This document shows positions 1 through 7,232 of a stretch of 11,240 bases of DNA, one piece after another. The stretch lies in contig JBGCFM010000231.1 in assembly GCA_045106895.1 (NCBI GenBank), positions 1-11,240 of the forward strand. Direction: 5' to 3'. The position numbers and the translations under genes are program-made. This stretch comes from Polyangiales bacterium. Lineage in GTDB: Bacteria; Myxococcota_A; Polyangia; Polyangiales; Houyiibacteriaceae. Each line of letters starts with the position of its first letter. Position 1 is the stretch's first letter. Under the pieces are notes generated by a model, which was not told the origin of the DNA, ran no database searches, and worked only from the letters and a program-made list of their open reading frames with translations.

Positions 1-876
1 CCAAAGGGCGTCATTCCGAAGAAGGTAAAAAAGAACAAGGCTCCGTACATCGTCCGAAAGAAGGACGGCGCGTTTCTCTACGCCACCACGGACATCGCCA
101 CGGTGTTCTACCGGAAAGAGAAGTTCAGCGCCGATCGCAGCGTGTACGTGGTGGACCAGCGCAAGTCGCTTCACTTCCAGCAGCTCGTCGCCGTGTCCGC
201 GCTCCTCGGCGTCGAGATGGGTTTTGACCACATTGGTTTCGGCACCATCCTCGGCAAGGACGGCAAACCACTGGGCACGCGCACGGGCGGCACACTTCGC
301 CTCAAGGACCTCCTCGACGAAGCCGAAGAACAGGCTCTCAAAAAGATCAACGAGCTCCGCGAAGCCGGCCGCCTGCGCATCGCCGACGAAGACGTCGCCG
401 AAGCCACCCACGTCATCGGCGTTGGTGCCGTCAAATACGCCGACCTCATGCAGAACCGGTCCACGGACTACAAGTTCGACTTCGACAAGATGATCGCCTT
501 CAGCGGAAACGCCGGGCCTTACCTTCAGTATCAGTACGCGCGCTGCCGCTCGATCTTCGCCAAGGGCGAAGTCGACTTCGACGGCTTCGCCAGCGACACC
601 ATCGCCATCGCGCATCCGAAAGAACGCGCCCTCGCCTTTGAGCTCGCGCGCTTCGGCGACGTGGTCCATCGCGCCGCCAAAGAGCGCCTGCCCCACTACA
701 TCAGCGATCACCTCTTCGCCATCGCCCAAGCCTTCAGCGGCTTCTACACGGACTGTCCGGTCCTCGGCGACGACGCAGCCATGCAGGCGAGTCGCCTGTC
801 GCTGACCAAGCTCACGGCGCTCCAGCTCCGCAAGGGCCTGGATCTGATGGGCATCGGCGTCCTCGAACGCATGTAG
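1..876 (+). CDS. argS: Arginine--tRNA ligase, 3' part (5'-truncated by window edge)
   Basis: Frame is open from base 1 (PKGVIPKKVKKNKAPYIVRKKDGAFLYATTDIA). ArgRS motifs YVVDQR..LHFQQ, HIGFGTILGKDGKP..TR.G, GVGAVKYADL, GNAGPYLQY.YAR..SI, FY..CPVL and C-terminal GI.VLERM are present. Confidence 0.97.
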   Translation, partial: PKGVIPKKVKKNKAPYIVRKKDGAFLYATTDIATVFYRKEKFSADRSVYVVDQRKSLHFQQLVAVSALLGVEMGFDHIGFGTILGKDGKPLGTRTGGTLRLKDLLDEAEEQALKKINELREAGRLRIADEDVAEATHVIGVGAVKYADLMQNRSTDYKFDFDKMIAFSGNAGPYLQYQYARCRSIFAKGEVDFDGFASDTIAIAHPKERALAFELARFGDVVHRAAKERLPHYISDHLFAIAQAFSGFYTDCPVLGDDAAMQASRLSLTKLTALQLRKGLDLMGIGVLERM

Positions 877-885
877 ACATGTTCA

Positions 886-894
886 TGCTATGGG
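886..894 (+). promoter_or_regulatory. Extended -10-like element (TGc-TATGGG) 6 nt before ATG 901; candidate leaderless promoter
   Basis: TG at 886-887 and TATGGG at 889-894; no SD before ATG 901. Confidence 0.4.
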
Positions 895-900
895 CGGTCC

Positions 901-1935
901 ATGACTTGGTCCCCCAAAGCCGCCCGCTATGGCCGTCCCCTGCACGGCAAGATCGTCAAACCCATCGTGACGAGCAAGTGCCTTCCCGGCGCGCTCTACC
1001 AAGAGCCCGCCGAGCGCGAGCTCTTCGTGTATTTGCCGCCAGGCTACGACGAGGGCGACGCGCGTTACCCCGTCGTGCTCATGCTCCCTGCGTTCTTCGG
1101 CACGCATGGTTCCGCCGCCAAGTACGAAGCCTTCAAGCCCAACAGCTTCGAGAGGCTCGACGCGCAGATCGCGAGCGGCGAGTGCCGGCCGATCATCCTC
1201 GTGGTCCCCGACGCCATGACGCGTTTCGGCGGCGGACAGTTCGTCGACTCCGCGACCAGCGGTCTTCATCAAACGCATCTCGCCGAAGAGATCATCCCCT
1301 TCGTCGACGCGAACTTTCGCACCCTCGCCGAAGCCGGCGGACGCGGGGTCGTCGGTCGCTCGAGCGGTGGCTTCGGCGCGTTGCGTCTCGCGATGGACAG
1401 GCCCGGCCTCGTCGCTGCCGTCGCCAGCCACGCGGGCGACGCCCACTTCGAGGTGTCCATGAAACCGATGCTCACCAGCGCCGCCGTCGCCTATCACGCC
1501 GCGGGTGGCGTGCGTGCGTTCGCCGAACGAATGGACGAAAGCGGACCCAAGGGCTCCCTCGACTTTGACGGTCTCATCGTCATGGCTTGCAGCGCGGCGT
1601 ACGCTCCGAACCCCAAGGCCGATTTCCCGTTTTGCGATCTTCCTTTCACGGAGGACGGCCAAATTGACGAGGCCGGCTGGAAAAAATGGCTGCAGAACGA
1701 TCCCCTGGAGCGAATTTCCTCCTCGGCGAGCTCCCTGCGATCCCTCAACACCCTCTTTATCGACGCGGGAGAGGCCGACGAACATGGGCTTCAGTTCGCA
1801 GCTCGGGCCCTACACAAGGCACTTTTGGCCATAGATGCGCCATCTCAGCACGAAGAACACATCGGTGGTCATCGTGGCACCGCTTGGCGCTACGACGTAT
1901 CCTTGCCCCACGTCGCAGGCGCGCTCGTCCAATAG
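901..1935 (+). CDS. Alpha/beta-hydrolase esterase (Fes/enterochelin esterase-like family)
   Basis: Motifs 'RELFVYLPPGYD....YPVVLML', 'PIILVVPD', 'EEIIPFVDANFRT'; nucleophile elbow GRSSGG (GxSxG); candidate Asp in IDAGEADE and His in GGH. No signal peptide. Confidence 0.88.
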   Translation: MTWSPKAARYGRPLHGKIVKPIVTSKCLPGALYQEPAERELFVYLPPGYDEGDARYPVVLMLPAFFGTHGSAAKYEAFKPNSFERLDAQIASGECRPIILVVPDAMTRFGGGQFVDSATSGLHQTHLAEEIIPFVDANFRTLAEAGGRGVVGRSSGGFGALRLAMDRPGLVAAVASHAGDAHFEVSMKPMLTSAAVAYHAAGGVRAFAERMDESGPKGSLDFDGLIVMACSAAYAPNPKADFPFCDLPFTEDGQIDEAGWKKWLQNDPLERISSSASSLRSLNTLFIDAGEADEHGLQFAARALHKALLAIDAPSQHEEHIGGHRGTAWRYDVSLPHVAGALVQ

Positions 1936-2046
1936 AGGGCGAAATGCGAACGGCGAAAACGCGACACCAAAATCATGCTAAGAAGGCCTCCCACCAACGC
2001 CCGCCGCGAAGAGCGAAGCGGCGCCGCAAGAGGCTGATGAGGAACG

Positions 2047-2829
2047 ATGGCGACTAAGAAGAGCACCAAAGCAGCGGGAGAGAAGAAAGCATCCGCGCGC
2101 AAAGCCACGACGTCGAAAGACGCGACGACCGAAGGCGAGACGAAAGCCGTAGACGCCGACGTCAAAGCGGAAGCAGCTGAAGCAGCTGAAGCAGCGGAAG
2201 GCGCGGCCGTTCCGCCGGAGAAGCCGAAGAAGCTGACCGGCGCCGCCGCTGACGCCGCGAAGATTCTGGAGGCCGAAAACAAAGCGGCGCGAATCGCCGA
2301 GCTTGCCGAGAGCCTTCTTGATTCACGCAGCTCCGTTGCGACCAAGGCCGCGCGTATTCTTCACGAGATCGTTGCGGAACAGCCAGACACGCTCGTGTCG
2401 CAGGTCGAGCGCTTCGCACGTGGTCTCACGTCGAAGCACAAACGCGTCGTTCAGACGTCGGCGGACGCGTTGCCAGCGATTGCGAAGATCGCGCCGGCGC
2501 GAGTCGCAAAGCACCTCGATGTTCTCAAAGAGTCCTTCGAGCCCGCAATCCTCGACGGCAAAGATGGTCTCGTTCGCACCTTCGCGAATCTGTGCACGGC
2601 CTCGGTCGCCTACCAGAAACGACTTGAGCCTGTTTTGACCCTCGCTCTCGAGACGGCGGACGGCAAGTCGCTGCTTCGGTGGGCCGAGATCGTACTTCCG
2701 GCGCTCAAGGGCGAGCCCCACGCGCGCGCACGAAGTGTCGTCGAGGACCGCCTTGACCGAATTCCGCGGGCTATCGCTCAACAGATCGCCAGCACGATGA
2801 ACTTCAAGCTTCGCGTTCGCTACCGCTAG
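2047..2829 (+). CDS. Hypothetical protein: K/A/E-rich low-complexity N-terminus plus helical (HEAT/ARM-like) domain
   Basis: SD-like GAGGA just upstream of the ATG; 260-aa ORF filling the intergenic gap; amphipathic helical segments (LAESLLDSRSSVATKAARILHEI; LTSKHKRVVQTSADALPAIA). Confidence 0.8.
   Translation: MATKKSTKAAGEKKASARKATTSKDATTEGETKAVDADVKAEAAEAAEAAEGAAVPPEKPKKLTGAAADAAKILEAENKAARIAELAESLLDSRSSVATKAARILHEIVAEQPDTLVSQVERFARGLTSKHKRVVQTSADALPAIAKIAPARVAKHLDVLKESFEPAILDGKDGLVRTFANLCTASVAYQKRLEPVLTLALETADGKSLLRWAEIVLPALKGEPHARARSVVEDRLDRIPRAIAQQIASTMNFKLRVRYR
2167..2200 (+). repeat. In-frame 9-bp tandem repeat (GCKGAAGCA) x ~3.8 encoding AEAAEAAEAAE
   Basis: gcggaagca gctgaagca gctgaagca gcggaag. 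Confidence 0.85.
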
Positions 2830-2919
2830 CGCCCACCGCCGAGGACTCTCGGAGATGCGATTTTTTCGCAACAAAGAGGGTTTTTGGCGCGCCGCGGTAA
2901 TTCGAGCTATCTCCGGGGC

Positions 2920-4035
2920 ATGACTTCCCGGCCCCTTCAGTTTTTGTCCAGCCTTCTTGTCGTCGGCCTCGCTGCCTGCGGCGGAACGGCCCGAGAAGTG
3001 CCTGTTTCGACGGGCAACACAGCGGTGGTGGAGACGCCCGCTCAGGACGCGTCACTTTGGCCCCGCGACTTCGTCGTTGGTCCGGGTACGGGTCCCGCGC
3101 TCTTCCTCAGCGAAGCGGCGGATGCCCCGGGCATTGGATACGTCAGCGAAGGAACGCCGGTCCGCATCGGCAGTCTCCCGCAGAACGGACGCATCAAAGT
3201 GCGCGTCGACGGTCCCCTCAAGGTGCTCGGTTGGCTGAGCGTTAGCCGATTGGCCCTCGTCGTCACGGAAGGCGGGCGCGTGCCCGAGACGCCTGTCTCT
3301 CTCGCGCCGGGCGACTACGTCACATACCTCGGCCCCGGCTCTGAGGCGGGCATCGCCCGCGTTCGTGTGACCCCGCGCCTCGGACGCGAGGACGTCAACG
3401 TGGAGAGCTTCGACGGGATCTACCCTCTTGAACGCTTGTCCAACGCGCCCGCCGCGGACACCTCCGAGCCCGACCACTCCACGGCGCGACGATTGCCCGC
3501 CGGTGAAGCGGTCCAGATCTTTACGCGCCCAGACGAAGTTGCCACAACGCTCCCAGCCATGGAGCCTGGTCTCGTCGTGGAGCTCGCCCGCGACCGCGGC
3601 CGCTGGAAGGGTGTTCGTGTTGGCGTTGGCCCTCGATTCGTTGGCTATGTGAACGTCGAACTTGAAGCCGCCGAAGCGCTGCCTAGCCGCATCACCATGC
3701 CACGCGCCGGCGAAGGGGAAGTCCCCATGCGCCTCCGCGTGGACGCTGAGCGACCCCTCTGGAACGTCACCGAAGGTGCACGCATTCGCTACGGCGACAG
3801 CACCATCGCCATCGTCGAGTCCACCGTGTTCGCTCGCGAAATGGGCCGTTTTGAGGAAAGCGAAGAGGCGGACGTGTTTGTCGCCGGTGACGACGGAGTC
3901 GCCCTCCGTGGAACCATCGCGGTGAGCGACCTGGTCGCCATCGAAACGCCCGCTGCCGCCCCCGCCGCTACGCCGACGGCCACCACGACGGCCACGCCAA
4001 CGGCGACTCCCACGGCGACTCCAGCAGCTCCCTGA
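2920..4035 (+). CDS. Lipoprotein with tandem SH3b-like domains and C-terminal Pro/Thr/Ala tail
   Basis: Start reassigned from 2884 to ATG 2920, giving MTSRPLQFLSSLLVVGLAA-C20 (lipobox). SH3b-like segments include 'IGYVSEGTPVRIGSLPQNGRIKVRVDGPLKVLGWLSVSRL' and 'GLVVELARDRGRWKGVRVGVGPRFVGYV'. Confidence 0.8.
   Translation: MTSRPLQFLSSLLVVGLAACGGTAREVPVSTGNTAVVETPAQDASLWPRDFVVGPGTGPALFLSEAADAPGIGYVSEGTPVRIGSLPQNGRIKVRVDGPLKVLGWLSVSRLALVVTEGGRVPETPVSLAPGDYVTYLGPGSEAGIARVRVTPRLGREDVNVESFDGIYPLERLSNAPAADTSEPDHSTARRLPAGEAVQIFTRPDEVATTLPAMEPGLVVELARDRGRWKGVRVGVGPRFVGYVNVELEAAEALPSRITMPRAGEGEVPMRLRVDAERPLWNVTEGARIRYGDSTIAIVESTVFAREMGRFEESEEADVFVAGDDGVALRGTIAVSDLVAIETPAAAPAATPTATTTATPTATPTATPAAP
3946..4032 (+). 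repeat. Low-complexity TPAA/TPTA repeat coding tract
   Basis: Encodes TPAAAPAATPTATTTATPTATPTATPAAP with degenerate 12-bp periodicity. Confidence 0.8.
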
Positions 4036-4075
4036 CCCCACACCAATCGCCGTCCACTTGTGGGGCACTCTGTTG

Positions 4076-4081
4076 TACGCT
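4076..4081 (+). promoter_or_regulatory. -10-like TACGCT 6 nt before ATG 4088; candidate leaderless promoter
   Basis: TANNNT hexamer at -12; no SD. Confidence 0.5.
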
Positions 4082-4087
4082 TCACGC

Positions 4088-4639
4088 ATGAAGCTCCTCG
4101 GCACCCTTGCCCTCATGCTCCTCCTCGCTCTCGGTTGTGGAACCAGCGGCGACAGCACAGACCAGTCCGACCACACCAGCGGCGGCTCGGACGACGACTG
4201 GGACGACGATGATTGGGGCGACGACGAAGTCCCCGTCGTGCAGTCAAATCACGGCGCCATTGAACAGTTCGGCATCAACCCTCCCGAGAAGCCCTGGGAC
4301 GAGATGACCCATGAGGAACGTGAGTGGGACATGATCGGCCGAATCCTTCCGATCATGAAAGAGGTCTTCGGCGAGCACGACGCAGAACGCTTTGCGCCAG
4401 CCACTTACGGCTGCGCGACCTGCCACGGCGACGATGGTCCCGAGCGTGAATACGAGATGCCGCCGACGGCTTCCTACCCGGTACCACCTGCAGGCACTCC
4501 CGCCTACGAGAACATGAAGCGCATCTTCGGCCCCATGGTCACGTTTATGGAAGAACGCGTGACCCCCACCATGGGAACTCTGGTCGGGAACGAAGAATAC
4601 ACCTGCCACAACTGTCACCCATCGACGGAATCCAACTAG
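4088..4639 (+). CDS. Diheme c-type cytochrome lipoprotein
   Basis: Start reassigned to ATG 4088: MKLLGTLALMLLLALG-C17 lipobox. Two CxxCH motifs, CATCH (4412-4426) and CHNCH (4604-4618). Confidence 0.85.
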   Translation: MKLLGTLALMLLLALGCGTSGDSTDQSDHTSGGSDDDWDDDDWGDDEVPVVQSNHGAIEQFGINPPEKPWDEMTHEEREWDMIGRILPIMKEVFGEHDAERFAPATYGCATCHGDDGPEREYEMPPTASYPVPPAGTPAYENMKRIFGPMVTFMEERVTPTMGTLVGNEEYTCHNCHPSTESN

Positions 4640-4740
4640 AGCGGCGGCCCACACAGACCACGCTCTCGCTGATTTTCTTGCTTTTGACCGCAAACGGCCC
4701 CATACAGCCGGTCTATTCTGTTTCCCCAATGAGGTATTAA

Positions 4741-5091
4741 ATGGCCTGGGTCATCACCCGTCTCTGCCGTGACTGCGTCGACAAGGCGTGCGTCGAAGTC
4801 TGTCCTGTCGAGTGCATCTACGAATACACCGGCGACGACACGGAAAAATTTCCGAATCAGCTCTACATCAACCCGGAAGAGTGCATCGACTGCGGCGCGT
4901 GTGAGCCGGAGTGCCCGTGGGAAGCGATCTACGAGGACGTCTCCGTTCCCGAGGTCCTTGTCGAAGACACCGCCCTCAACGCGTTGACCGTCGACGCCGC
5001 TGACGAGTTCGAGGTCCCGACGAACGAAGGCGCGGAGTCTCCGTCGCCCGATCAGGTCGCCGACAACAAGAAAAAATGGGGCGTCGCTTAG
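4741..5091 (+). CDS. fdxA: 7Fe-type ([3Fe-4S]+[4Fe-4S]) ferredoxin, Azotobacter FdI-like
   Basis: C9-x2-C12-x4-C17-x3-C21-P-x2-C25 and C48-x2-C51-x2-C54-x3-C58-P ([19 protein letters not shown]); SD GAGG at 4731. Confidence 0.93.
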   Translation: MAWVITRLCRDCVDKACVEVCPVECIYEYTGDDTEKFPNQLYINPEECIDCGACEPECPWEAIYEDVSVPEVLVEDTALNALTVDAADEFEVPTNEGAESPSPDQVADNKKKWGVA

Positions 5092-5145
5092 ACGTTCCTT
5101 CGATGCGAACCCGTCGCCGCGAATCGCGTGCCGCGAAAACCGCAC

Positions 5146-5177
5146 AAGTCGCGTGGCTCTGCCGCGCGGCTTTTTTT
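5146..5177 (+). terminator. Rho-independent terminator after ferredoxin
   Basis: Stem aagtcgcgtggc / gccgcgcggctt (12 bp with two G-U pairs), loop tct, T7 run at 5171-5177. Confidence 0.8.
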
Positions 5178-5203
5178 GTGGGTTTGAGTCCCGTGGAGTT
5201 CTG

Positions 5204-5596
5204 ATGAGCAACAAGAAACAAACGCTAACGGACCTCGGCTTGCTAGCCCTGCGTGTCGCCGCGGGCGGTCTGATGATGGTCCACGGTGTTGCCAAACTTG
5301 GCTACGAACCGAGCGAGTTCCCCGACCCGCTCGGCGTTGGAGCTGCGCTCTCCCACGCCCTGGCGGTGTTTGCGGAGGTGGGCTGCTCGGCTGCCCTGAT
5401 CCTCGGCGCCTTCACACGTTTTGCGTTGGTCCCTCTCATCATCACGATGCTGGTCGCGGCCTTTCTCGTCCACGGGGCGGACCCGTGGAACAAGAAGGAG
5501 CTCTCTGTGATCTATCTTTCAATGTACGCCGCGCTGATGCTGACGGGTCCCGGAAAATTTTCCGTCGATGCTTGGTTATCTCGACGTCGCGTGTAG
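5204..5596 (+). CDS. DoxX family membrane protein
   Basis: Start reassigned to ATG 5204 (GGAG upstream). Motifs 'DLGLLALRVAAGGLMMVHGVAKL', 'FPDPLGVG', 'AEVGCSAALILGAFTR', 'H..DPW..KEL', 'GPGKFSVD'; about four hydrophobic segments. Confidence 0.93.
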   Translation: MSNKKQTLTDLGLLALRVAAGGLMMVHGVAKLGYEPSEFPDPLGVGAALSHALAVFAEVGCSAALILGAFTRFALVPLIITMLVAAFLVHGADPWNKKELSVIYLSMYAALMLTGPGKFSVDAWLSRRRV

Positions 5597-5618
5597 GCCC
5601 ATTGGTCCCGCCAGATTC

Positions 5619-5647
5619 TTGTCATTCTGGAGACCTGTGCCTAAGGT
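5619..5647 (+). promoter_or_regulatory. Sigma70-like promoter TTGTCA-N17-TAAGGT, with -10 ending 6 nt before the HiPIP ATG (leaderless)
   Basis: TTGTCA 5619-5624, 17-nt spacer, TAAGGT 5642-5647, ATG 5654. Confidence 0.65.
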
Positions 5648-5653
5648 TCGCTC

Positions 5654-5968
5654 ATGAAGAAGAATTCACGACGCGCTTTCATCCGCCAGGGTACCACCGT
5701 GGCACTCGCTGTACTCGGAGCCACAACCATTGGTTGCGGCGGAGAGGCTGAGCTTACTTGCGACGATGTGACCGGCCTGACGCCTGCGGAAACCGCTGCG
5801 CGCTCGTCAAACGGCTACGTTGCCAACTCCCCACACGGAACCGCCAAGCAGTGCATCAACTGCAACTTCGCCCAGAACCTCACGGCGAGCACCTGCGGAA
5901 CCTGCACCGTGATCAAGGGTGCTATTCACCCTCTTGGTTACTGCAATCTCTGGGTCGCCAGCACCTGA
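5654..5968 (+). CDS. High-potential iron-sulfur protein (HiPIP), Tat-exported, probable lipoprotein
   Basis: Tat motif SRRAFI, lipobox-like TIG-C28, and HiPIP core GY...C67xxC70...C84..I.G.I.P.GYC97..W. Confidence 0.9.
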   Translation: MKKNSRRAFIRQGTTVALAVLGATTIGCGGEAELTCDDVTGLTPAETAARSSNGYVANSPHGTAKQCINCNFAQNLTASTCGTCTVIKGAIHPLGYCNLWVAST

Positions 5969-5988
5969 GCCGATGATATAGCGGGGTC

Positions 5989-7158
5989 ATGCCTCGCTTC
6001 CCTCACGCCGCACCCACCAGCGCCACCCTTTCAGCGCGGGTCTTTTCAGGACTCGCGAAGAAGGCCTCCGCGATGCGAGAGGCCGGCGAAGTGGTCCACG
6101 CCCTCAGCGTGGGGGACACTTACAAGGAGCCCCTCGTCGTGGCCCGCGCTGAATCGCAGCGTGTGGCCGACAGACCGGGGCTTCATCGTTATGCGCCCCC
6201 CCAAGGGGAAGCGGAACTCCTCGAAGCCGTGAGTCGCCGACTCGCGCGGCTCGGAAAGGAAGTGCCGACTGAACGCATTCAAATCGTGAGCGGCGCCACA
6301 AGCGGTCTCAGCGTGGTCGCGGCGGCGCTCTTCATGCCCGGTGACGAGGTCTTGCTCCCCTCCCCGTTTTGGCCGCTCATTCGCGGCATCATTTCCGGGC
6401 GCGGCGCGAAGCCCGTGCAGGTTCCGCTGATGGACCGTCTCGATGAGGTAGACGTCGAAGCCACCCTCGAGGCGGCAGTCACAGACAAAACCGTCGCGCT
6501 CTACCTCAACACCCCACACAACCCCACCGGCAGCATCCTTGGCGAGGCGCACCTCGCCGCCGTCGCGCGTGTCGCCGAACGGCACGCGCTTTGGGTCATC
6601 TGCGACGAGGCATATCAAGACCTCTACTTCGGCGAGACGCCCGCCCGAGCGTGGCAGCACCCAGCCCTCACGGAGCGTGCCGTCGTCTGCCACACGCTCA
6701 GCAAAAGCTACGGCATCGCCGGCTCTCGCATCGGCTATGTGCACGGGCCCAAAGACGCGATGCGCGCCATTCGCGGCGTTCAGACTTTTGCGACCTACTG
6801 CGCCGCCCGCCCCCTTCAGTTCGGCGCGGCGGCGGTCCTCGACGAAGGCTCAGACTGGCTTGAGGAGCGAAGGTTGGAATACGCGGGTGCCGCCGCACGA
6901 GCAGCCGGCGCGTTTGGCGTCCCAACGCCCCCCGGCGGCACATTTCTCTTTGTCCACGCAAAGCCGTGGATGCGCGATGGCGAAACAGACGCACTCCCCT
7001 TTCTGGACCGGTGCCTCGACGCCGGCGTTCTGATGACGCCCGGCGGAGCGTGCGGCGCGGACTTTGGTGAGTACTTTCGTGTGTGTTTCACAGGAGTTAC
7101 GCCCGAAGCCCTGAGCGACGCCCTCCAGCGTTTGGCACCGCTTCTCGCTCAGACTTAG
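5989..7158 (+). CDS. PLP-dependent aminotransferase class I/II (aspartate aminotransferase-like)
   Basis: Motifs 'PGDEVLLPSPFW', 'LNTPHNPTG', 'VICDEAY', PLP-lysine 'SKSYGIAGSRIGY', 'P.GTFLF', 'FRVCF'. Confidence 0.95.
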   Translation: MPRFPHAAPTSATLSARVFSGLAKKASAMREAGEVVHALSVGDTYKEPLVVARAESQRVADRPGLHRYAPPQGEAELLEAVSRRLARLGKEVPTERIQIVSGATSGLSVVAAALFMPGDEVLLPSPFWPLIRGIISGRGAKPVQVPLMDRLDEVDVEATLEAAVTDKTVALYLNTPHNPTGSILGEAHLAAVARVAERHALWVICDEAYQDLYFGETPARAWQHPALTERAVVCHTLSKSYGIAGSRIGYVHGPKDAMRAIRGVQTFATYCAARPLQFGAAAVLDEGSDWLEERRLEYAGAAARAAGAFGVPTPPGGTFLFVHAKPWMRDGETDALPFLDRCLDAGVLMTPGGACGADFGEYFRVCFTGVTPEALSDALQRLAPLLAQT

Positions 7159-7216
7159 TCCCAAAACACAGACCTCCTTGGTGCGCTCTTTCTGTGTTTC
7201 TGTCGCGGCGAGCCCC

Positions 7217-7225
7217 TGGTAGGGT
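7217..7225 (+). promoter_or_regulatory. Extended -10 (TGg-TAGGGT) 7 nt before ATG 7233; candidate leaderless promoter
   Basis: TG 7217-7218, TAGGGT 7220-7225; no SD. Confidence 0.5.
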
Positions 7226-7232
7226 TCGCGCG

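Noticed and set aside
253..288. ArgS KMSKS-equivalent reads KPLGTRTG rather than KPFKTRxG
   Set aside because: This signature is known to be degenerate in arginyl-tRNA synthetases; there is no other sign of inactivation.
2839..2870. Short hairpins ccgag/ctcgg and tgcga/tcgca after the 2047 gene
   Set aside because: Only 5-bp stems, and the T-run lies inside the second loop; too weak to call a terminator.
4678..4719. Ferredoxin promoter candidates (TTGACC, TTGCTT, TACAGC, TATTCT)
   Set aside because: No -35/-10 pair with a 16-18 nt spacer.
2884..7232. Upstream starts from the ORF track at 2884, 4058, 5153 and 7083
   Set aside because: Downstream ATGs (2920, 4088, 5204, 7233) give proper signal peptides or an SD. 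The extensions run through a terminator, promoter-like sites or the previous gene.
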